A stretch of 64,000 bases of DNA from a virus: the IMG/VR virus record IMGVR_UViG_3300031227_000018, positions 1 to 64,000 of that record; one strand, 5' to 3'. A program made the position numbers and the translations under genes. The first letter of the stretch is position 1, and each line of letters begins with the position of its first letter. Under the pieces are notes generated by a model. The model did no database searches. It saw only the letters and a list, made by a program, of their open reading frames with translations, and had not been told where the DNA came from. Of the stretch, positions 58,201-64,000 are shown piece by piece.

Positions 58201-58882
58201 AAATGATTTTAGTATACCACTATTGACAGATGGTACGCTTCTGGGAGCTTCCACTGTAGATTCGATTGAAGGGTTGAGTGTTGGATTGCAATTGGTCATA
58301 AACGATAGCGGAGTAGTTGGCCCTGCGGATATAACTATAACAAACATAGCGGGTGCTGCTTCGCCTTATACAGTTTCAGTTTCAGTTGATGCTGGTGGAA
58401 CTGATATCAGTGGTTATTTAACGGGTAATTCAGCTTATTTTATGCCTCGAAATCAATTTGATTTTACTCTTATTCCTGCTGAAGGAATTGATGGTTATAA
58501 AAACTATGTTGGTTTAGTTCAAGAATGTCAGTGGATAATCGACGGTAAGGATACTGATTTTGAAAATTATCCTGGCATTAAAGCGGCAGGGGTTCAAATT
58601 GAAATAAAAGCACCTGTTATGCATTATGTTGAAGTTACCATTGATGTTTCCACATCAGACGGTTTGACATTGGCTCTTGTTAAAAATGATGTTAAATCTG
58701 CAATTAGTAATTATATAAATGGCCTGGGAGTTGGTGAAGATGTGGTTCTTAGTGAAATAATCGCCGCTGTTATGGCTGTCACTGGTATTGTGGATTCAAG
58801 TATTCTCACTCCGACTGCGAATGTTTTAATAGCTGCCAATGAGTTGGCTCGCATTTCAGAAACCGATATTATAGTAGGGTAA
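55268..58882 (+). CDS. baseplate J-like wedge protein with many inserted domains
   Basis: LD.RA.EYGL.R, G.D.ETDEQLR.R, AISNYIN.LGVGEDV..SEII. Confidence 0.85.
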   Translation: MAEFTLKSFQQILSDMIATVGANSALTDISAGSAVITMLEAASTEDANSYIQMLNIIRSYNLDTVVGIDLDDRAYEYGLTRIGSNPANGYVTLSDSAFSKVSTVIYPGLPGPSAGNTTVNIVDSTSFPAIGGSVIVGRGTNNVETVPYGSITNMGTYYRLNLTLALTKDHGTDETIIFAQGGDRVVPAGSVVYVPESDLISQINFILQADQTILDGEVSILNSTVICSQSGTVGNVNIGAIRFYSTLPFTTAEVTNPYSFSTGRDVETDEQLRDRIRATIQSLSRGTEKSVLTAAVQVTSSYQNNKVVSASFVEATTLNELNFLYIDDGVALEPWFVAEPYQLLMEYAAGGEKFLQLDNSKTPLTKGSLVTQNSEPFGIIAGQTLIIRVGGIEETTVTFGGADMFAVPGSATAEEVIRVLNDEVSFIEARTSGNRTKVVIEALANTNEEIQVVGGTANVALGFKEGVDVYTLKLYKNDILLSKDGWNAYVISQSGQPFAIVPATTLTLKIDDKPTVQTITFGTETTAAEVAALINTQITGARAYTIQIGSSVRVVIVSTNPYPGQSAVEVTGGAANAILNFSTTIVYGAAKDYSLNKYNGQIELEDVLVAGDEVVAGSPYTRAFEESISAQNYSVVIGQLLILQVDDIVDSSVTTQINVTDFIDVSLAATYVDDHFEDLYVRFKSTTTTVALQGVYRQISAYNGTTGQFTTAAFPAIPQVADVYEVVQIATATATASLDCDGVNTMFEPLLRGVSFYGKTKNLDTFLRVQSNSQDESGRIRIHSATTVVGLDLPTGVTNSAQESNYGFVESGNEQDFTFGVGQFIIFVFDNDLTYKTVTVNIDYDSIVTAGVGASDFRAASLITYFTQQDFFVGCRVRFKFNTTTAALRNQIGTITAYDETNGQITVAAPLPAAPVIGDTFEIIPTTTRNVVDLFNHRTFTNLGVYCDIEASYDGTKVQLTTKTEGTLGAVRCAGGNANDFSIPLLTDGTLLGASTVDSIEGLSVGLQLVINDSGVVGPADITITNIAGAASPYTVSVSVDAGGTDISGYLTGNSAYFMPRNQFDFTLIPAEGIDGYKNYVGLVQECQWIIDGKDTDFENYPGIKAAGVQIEIKAPVMHYVEVTIDVSTSDGLTLALVKNDVKSAISNYINGLGVGEDVVLSEIIAAVMAVTGIVDSSILTPTANVLIAANELARISETDIIVG

Positions 58883-58884
58883 TT

Positions 58885-60147
58885 ATGGATAGATTAGAAA
58901 GACTTTACAGTTTTATGCCATCTTATTATCATGCTGAATCTAGCGAATATATTAACGCTACTTTTAAAGCATTTGCTGAGCAAGATCAGTTGATAGAAAG
59001 CGCAGTTGATGATGCTAAAGATCAATTGTATGTAAGTCGGGCTGTTCATAATTATCTTGATTATTTATCTTCTAATTTTGATATTTCAAGGCCCACAGAT
59101 ATACTTTATTTTATTGACAGTAAATTTAGAGAACTTATCCCTGTTTTGAGTTATTGGCCGAAGCAAGTGAAACCTACTATTTACAAATGTTTGGAATTGT
59201 TTTGGAGTATCGAATACTTACACTCTACATCTACTAGTGGGAACTTTGAAACTTTTAATTTAGTTGGTGGTGAGACTTTGAGTTTTACTGTAGATGAAAC
59301 AAAAGAAATATCTGTGACATTTTTAGCAGAAGATTTTGCAGTTCCAGGAGCCGCAACTGCTCAAGAAGTTGTTGATCGTATTAATGAATGGGTGCCAGAA
59401 TACGTCATTGCACACACTTACCATGACAAACTTTTAAATCAAATACACGTTCGGATAAGCACTTTGACTTTTGGTTTGGCTGGAACTGTTCAAATAACAG
59501 GAGGTACTGCGAATGTTGCATTAGCTTTTGATACAGATAAACATCAATATACAAAAGTCAGCTTACATGAGTTGAATCCGAATGAATTGATAGTGAGGAT
59601 GCCCAAGAAGATTATACTGGAATATGACACACTATTGTGGTCTCATCATTTCCATGCAGATGCAACAATTGTAGATAGTAGACCAGTCGTTGATGCAACG
59701 CATCCATATTGGCCAGGATCTTTCTTTTATGATCGACCAACAGGATCAAGTATTCATATTACTAGTACGGTTACGACTTTACAACAATCCATTGGAGCGT
59801 CTGGGCATTATGCTGCTGTAACATTTGCCGACACTTCTCAATTTCCAGGAGCAGGCGGTCATATTGTTTTTGATTTTGGTGGAAATGAGCAGGAAGTTGT
59901 AAAATATCTTTCTCGCCCAAACAACACAACCTTATTGCTAGATGCTACGTATCCATTTGTTTATTCGCATGGTATCGGTGATAGAGTCAATTTATGCTAT
60001 CCTACGCCATATAAACCGCGTATAACTGGTGTTGATTATCCAATATTTTTTGTTGATACAGAAATAGCGTACGAGTTAATCAGTCGATTTATTTTGTTGT
60101 TGAAAGCAGCGGGAATTGTTGTGAGATGGATATTAGAAGATGATTAA
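58885..60147 (+). CDS. baseplate wedge (gpI-like) protein
   Basis: YLD.L..NF.ISRP, C-terminal LKAAGI.V. Confidence 0.7.
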   Translation: MDRLERLYSFMPSYYHAESSEYINATFKAFAEQDQLIESAVDDAKDQLYVSRAVHNYLDYLSSNFDISRPTDILYFIDSKFRELIPVLSYWPKQVKPTIYKCLELFWSIEYLHSTSTSGNFETFNLVGGETLSFTVDETKEISVTFLAEDFAVPGAATAQEVVDRINEWVPEYVIAHTYHDKLLNQIHVRISTLTFGLAGTVQITGGTANVALAFDTDKHQYTKVSLHELNPNELIVRMPKKIILEYDTLLWSHHFHADATIVDSRPVVDATHPYWPGSFFYDRPTGSSIHITSTVTTLQQSIGASGHYAAVTFADTSQFPGAGGHIVFDFGGNEQEVVKYLSRPNNTTLLLDATYPFVYSHGIGDRVNLCYPTPYKPRITGVDYPIFFVDTEIAYELISRFILLLKAAGIVVRWILEDD

Positions 60148-60173
60148 AAGTTTTTTAAGATATAAAATATAGT
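60145..60173 (+). promoter_or_regulatory. putative late promoter variant TAAAAG-N17-TATAGT
   Basis: Same spacing. Confidence 0.55.
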
Positions 60174-60193
60174 TTAATAAATGAGGAGTTAAA

Positions 60194-61294
60194 ATGGCCC
60201 AACAAACAAAACTTATTATGTATGCACAGGAGCGTTACGATTTACCAGATTTTAACACTTTGCAATCTTTAATAGAAACCGATGAACAACTATTGAATAA
60301 AGGTGCTATTTCAGGGTTAAATTGTTATATTTTGGGTGGTTTTGTGGTAACTCACGTAGTTCCACCGAGTCTGAATATTAGCATCAATCCGATAGGTTCT
60401 GTTTTGATAGATGGTGCAAATGATGGCAGTTTATACTATGGTCCAGCTGGAACTGCATTGTTAACGGATACAGCAGTGGATGGCACCACAACTTATTTTT
60501 GGCTTGAGACCGATTTCCAAGGTGGTACGCCAGCAGTTAGAACCTTTTGGGATCCTGCTTCAATGGTTGGTGTTGGAGCTGAATTTAATCAAATAGTCAA
60601 CACTCAAAGAGAATTGATTGTTACTTTGAATAAAAACACAACGGGATTCCCTGTTTCTGGAACTACAATCCCATTGTGCAAAACAACTGCGATTGCTGGT
60701 AATATCACCACTTTTACAGATTGTCGTCAAATGTTGTTTAGACTGGGGTCAGGTGGGAATGCTCCAAATTTAGATTATGTATACCCATGGATAGCGGGTA
60801 GAGGCGAACCTGGGGTTTCTGGTGCTGTTGGTATATTCAGTGGTGGAGATAAACAGCTTGAAAATTTAAAAGATAGTTTAGATGCTATAATGTCAATGAT
60901 TAAAGAAATTAAATTTGGTAGTGCAACAGGTGCTGCAGCTGTTTGGTACGCACCTGCACATTCTAGTTTAGCAGATGTTTCTATTGCTATGACGGGTGGT
61001 GGAGTTTGGTCTTGGGCTTTGGGAACTGGAAGAGTTACACTTACGGCTGATGCAACAATATTGATACCTGGTACAGCTTTTATTAATACGATTGATTTTA
61101 CTGATCCAGAAGGAACTGGAAATGCATGGATAAGCATGCCAGCAAACGGGAATGTAGCTTATGTTGATATTGATAGAACTTCAAATGCAGTTTTAACCGC
61201 CACAGTCGTGGCTTCTTCGGCATACGTTCCAGCACCAGATAGATTTATAATGATACGTAGAATCAGTGACGCTGTTTATATTGGTATGGCATAA
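60194..61294 (+). CDS. tail fibre/baseplate attachment protein
   Basis: Follows the wedge genes; beta-rich. Confidence 0.65.
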   Translation: MAQQTKLIMYAQERYDLPDFNTLQSLIETDEQLLNKGAISGLNCYILGGFVVTHVVPPSLNISINPIGSVLIDGANDGSLYYGPAGTALLTDTAVDGTTTYFWLETDFQGGTPAVRTFWDPASMVGVGAEFNQIVNTQRELIVTLNKNTTGFPVSGTTIPLCKTTAIAGNITTFTDCRQMLFRLGSGGNAPNLDYVYPWIAGRGEPGVSGAVGIFSGGDKQLENLKDSLDAIMSMIKEIKFGSATGAAAVWYAPAHSSLADVSIAMTGGGVWSWALGTGRVTLTADATILIPGTAFINTIDFTDPEGTGNAWISMPANGNVAYVDIDRTSNAVLTATVVASSAYVPAPDRFIMIRRISDAVYIGMA

Positions 61295-61306
61295 AAGGAG
61301 ATTGAT

Positions 61307-62548
61307 ATGGCATTAATGAGATTGGATAATGGTGAATCAGGTGAACTCGCAACTCCATTGACTAAACAACATTTAGAGTATGTTGGAGGTGCTACTTTAA
61401 CAGAGGCAGATTCTCAGCCTGATTACAACACTCTTATCGCACCTAAAGTGGTGCATGGATTTGCTAATTTAGAGGATTTAACACTGGCATTAGCTAAGGT
61501 TGGAGATCTGTTCACTAATCGGTATGGTGATGATATATTTGGAATATTGGAGTGGCAGGCAGCAGCCCAAGCAGATTTTATTAATGGAGCTATTCTCAAC
61601 ATAGGTAATGGAGCTGTTATCAATGTATTGTCTGGAGGAGAAATAGAATGTCGATCTGGAGCGATAGTGGATTTTCAAGATGGTTGTACACCAAGTTTTG
61701 CAACCACCCCAGGAGCTCCGTTTACTGTTGCTGCTGGTGCAGCTGTGGTCACCAATTTAGATGCAGACAAAGTTGATGGTGCAAATGCATCTGCAACTCC
61801 ATCAAATGGCATAATTGTTATTGCTAATGCTAATGGGTTTTTAACAACTCCAGCAGCTGCTCCTACAGTTAATTATGAAGTGGCGAATAAAAAATATGTT
61901 GATGATTCGTCAGGAGCTATAATCGATCATGATCATTCGGTTAGTGGCACCAACCATGGTGGACAACTTGTTCCTGGAACGATATTTGCAGCAGGTAATA
62001 AAACTGGAACAGGCAAAGCGGTTCTTGATGAATTTCCAACTATAAAAGCTCCGACGATATCTCCTACAAGTGCAAGTGCCTTTATATCTGCTCATGAATA
62101 TTATAGAGCGGATGGAACGCCTGTTTATATGCAGGAAAAGGGGGAAGCTCGAACTCAAGTTGATGCGTCTTACGCTATAACAACTGTTGCAGATGCAAAT
62201 AATCGTAGGACTTATATATTCTATTGTGCATATACTGCTACTGGGGCTGGAGATGTTTGGATTGATGTATTTGATGCAACATTGCATGCAAGCGATGATC
62301 AAATAATGATACATGTTGAGGTAATGGGTTCAGATATTACTGGGGCAGCCTCATATTTACTTTGTGATGGAATGTGGCACTCAAGAAGGGGTGTTGGTGG
62401 CACCACGTTTGTTGGTGATGCGGGGTCAACTGGAGGGTGTGCGCAACAAATGGCGTGGGATGGAACAAGTAAGATGACGTATTCATTAAATCGCGATGAT
62501 ACAGTAGCAACGAGATATATGGTTAAAGCTACAGTGCAGGCTTGTTAA
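61307..62548 (+). CDS. tail fibre protein
   Basis: VTNLDADKVDG, ANKKYVD and H.H fibre motifs. Confidence 0.75.
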   Translation: MALMRLDNGESGELATPLTKQHLEYVGGATLTEADSQPDYNTLIAPKVVHGFANLEDLTLALAKVGDLFTNRYGDDIFGILEWQAAAQADFINGAILNIGNGAVINVLSGGEIECRSGAIVDFQDGCTPSFATTPGAPFTVAAGAAVVTNLDADKVDGANASATPSNGIIVIANANGFLTTPAAAPTVNYEVANKKYVDDSSGAIIDHDHSVSGTNHGGQLVPGTIFAAGNKTGTGKAVLDEFPTIKAPTISPTSASAFISAHEYYRADGTPVYMQEKGEARTQVDASYAITTVADANNRRTYIFYCAYTATGAGDVWIDVFDATLHASDDQIMIHVEVMGSDITGAASYLLCDGMWHSRRGVGGTTFVGDAGSTGGCAQQMAWDGTSKMTYSLNRDDTVATRYMVKATVQAC

Positions 62549-62802
62549 TGCCAGAAAAAAAAGAAAATGATATATACATAAGAGATAGGGATAGCAAAAG
62601 TTATCGGCTTGCATTCTGGAGTTTCGTTGCTTCTCTTATTTTTGTATTTTTAGGAATTATAGAACATGTTCAATATGGAGACTTTATGTTGAAATTTAGA
62701 GCGGTGGAAGGTCAAGTTGTTTTGTTTCTACTTACTCCTTGCCTAAGTTTATATGGATTTCGTAGATATACAGATTATCTAGTGAAGAAAGGCGAAAAAT
62801 AG
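62548..62802 (+). CDS. two-TM membrane protein, possible holin
   Basis: Two hydrophobic helices, basic C-terminus; TAATG coupling. Confidence 0.55.
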   Translation: MPEKKENDIYIRDRDSKSYRLAFWSFVASLIFVFLGIIEHVQYGDFMLKFRAVEGQVVLFLLTPCLSLYGFRRYTDYLVKKGEK

Positions 62803-62804
62803 GG

Positions 62805-62827
62805 AGGGGTAACCCCTACTCTTTTTT
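62805..62827. terminator. hairpin between convergent genes
   Basis: AGGGG-TAA-CCCCT then ACTC and T6; overlaps the minus-strand stop. Confidence 0.5.
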
Positions 62828-63007
62828 ATTATCTCCCTTTAAATATAACGGCTCAAACTTCCAATGTCTATAAGATTCATGTTTTCTACCGTTACAAGTT
62901 AAACACTTCCATCGCTTGTATTCTTTTTGAGTCCAAGGACTAACTTTTTCAAACAGTCTGTTCCCTTTACATCTAGGACAAAACAATATTTTAGTTCCTT
63001 CCCTCAT
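62816..63007 (-). CDS. small zinc-ribbon protein
   Basis: CPRC...CLTC. Confidence 0.65.
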   Translation of the reverse strand: MREGTKILFCPRCKGNRLFEKVSPWTQKEYKRWKCLTCNGRKHESYRHWKFEPLYLKGDNKKE

Positions 63008-63010
63008 ATC

Positions 63011-63424
63011 TCATTTTCCTTGCATAAATTCATTGTGCCCCATCTCTACCTCTTCGTACAGCCTAGCTATCTGCTTACAATGCTCATCTTCTCTGCGTTG
63101 GTACTTAACTATCTCCCTATCCTTCTCGTCTAACAGTTCTTGTATGAAGGCTTGTAGTTCAAGAAAGCCACCAAGGTCAGCCAAGTCATATACTCCACCT
63201 TTTACCTGAAGACCTTTCTTCTTAATTATGTCGAAGATAAGTTCTCTTAGCTTTTCCTTCCAGTCTTTAGGCTTATCACACCTAGCGCACCCCAACTGAA
63301 CAATACCAAACTTCTTCATCACCTTAATTACTTCATCGAAGAAGTCTGACATTGACACAGCCTTATCTAATTCATTTCCTCTTACATGCATGAAGCTGAC
63401 TTCACTTTTCTCTGAATCAATCAT
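63011..63424 (-). CDS. hypothetical protein
   Basis: AGGAG RBS on the minus strand. Confidence 0.65.
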   Translation of the reverse strand: MIDSEKSEVSFMHVRGNELDKAVSMSDFFDEVIKVMKKFGIVQLGCARCDKPKDWKEKLRELIFDIIKKKGLQVKGGVYDLADLGGFLELQAFIQELLDEKDREIVKYQRREDEHCKQIARLYEEVEMGHNEFMQGK

Positions 63425-63473
63425 CTTACACTCCTATGTAAACATTTGTAAAATTATAAGCATCAGGTTTTGG

Positions 63474-63851
63474 TTATACCTCATAATAGCCATCTTTGTT
63501 GGGTGTGGCTGGCCATATTATTTTATCATAGGGCTGTAGAAGCATAATTTTCTGCACTTCTTCCATAGAACCATATAGCGTTGTGGTTAAGTACCATATT
63601 GAATTGATCGCATTCACTACCCTGTTGATTAGAGCCGGTGCTAATAATAGCTTGGGTTCTTCTTCTACATAAAATTCCCAATTGTCATCAATTTTTTCAT
63701 CAATATCCCATGAATTTTCGCGGTTAGATCTACTGAATGTGTCTTTACCAAAAAACATTTTATCACCTACATAGAGTATCTTTATGTAGCAGTTTTCGCT
63801 CCATGCTTTCTTTCTTACTTTTCTTCCTACCATACTTTTTGTTATTAGCAT
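63474..63851 (-). CDS. hypothetical protein
   Basis: AAGGAG RBS on the minus strand. Confidence 0.7.
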   Translation of the reverse strand: MLITKSMVGRKVRKKAWSENCYIKILYVGDKMFFGKDTFSRSNRENSWDIDEKIDDNWEFYVEEEPKLLLAPALINRVVNAINSIWYLTTTLYGSMEEVQKIMLLQPYDKIIWPATPNKDGYYEV

Positions 63852-63863
63852 TTTATTTCTCCT

Positions 63864-63998
63864 TTAGATATTTAACAATGTTTTCTCAATAGCCAATACG
63901 ATAGCTAGGGAGGGTGTAGGTGCTGTTGCTTTTGCAGCAATGTTAGGCCCTAGATACCCCCATGACTTACTAAAACTTATGTCACATTCTTTATCAAA
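63864..63998 (-). CDS. 3' end of a hypothetical protein (partial)
   Basis: Open frame ...ATAPTPSLAIVLAIEKTLLNI*. Confidence 0.55.
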   Translation of the reverse strand, partial: FDKECDISFSKSWGYLGPNIAAKATAPTPSLAIVLAIEKTLLNI

Positions 63999-64000
63999 AA

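Noticed and set aside
510-62314. Numerous minus-strand and nested alternate-frame ORFs in the track
   Set aside because: They are shadows of well-supported + strand genes, with no recognisable motifs.
43046-62548. Tailocin or eCIS
   Set aside because: MCP, scaffold, protease and neck genes are present, so this is a phage.
1-64000. Genome-wide stop-codon recoding
   Set aside because: Long genes are intact in code 11, and TGA and TAG both end genes, TGA often overlapping the next ATG.
1-64000. CRISPR array, DGR, intron/intein, integrase or transposase
   Set aside because: No repeat-spacer array, reverse transcriptase, homing endonuclease or recombinase motifs were seen by eye.

Overview
A 64 kb, AT-rich segment of a large contractile-tailed dsDNA phage; the major capsid protein is clearly Twort/SPO1 (Herelleviridae)-like. 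Almost all genes are on the + strand until a convergent switch near 62.8 kb. Layout: (1) 1-8.3 kb, small accessory genes plus ManC, a GalE-like epimerase, a tRNA-like structured RNA and a stand-alone tail-sheath C-terminal domain; (2) 8.4-9.0 kb, a Cys-rich protein with a lone sigma-70 region-4 HTH; (3) 9-62.8 kb, the morphogenesis region: prohead protease, about 10 kb of probable decoration/fibre genes, an 11.5 kb glycan synthesis/modification cluster (GT4 x2, GT2/GT7C x3, methyltransferases x4, pyruvyltransferase, sulfotransferase, APS kinase, HxGH nucleotidyltransferase), then scaffold, MCP, neck, sheath, tube, tape measure, baseplate and fibres. No terminase, portal or replication genes were recognised. 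The two main findings: (a) a repeated promoter-like motif TAAAAA-N17-TATANT upstream of most late operons, starting at the end of the sigma4-only gene, suggesting replacement of host -35 recognition; (b) a late-promoter-led sulfation/pyruvylation/methylation glycan cluster inside the head module, suggesting a sulfated virion glycan coat. All family calls come from motif recognition by eye, with no database search.
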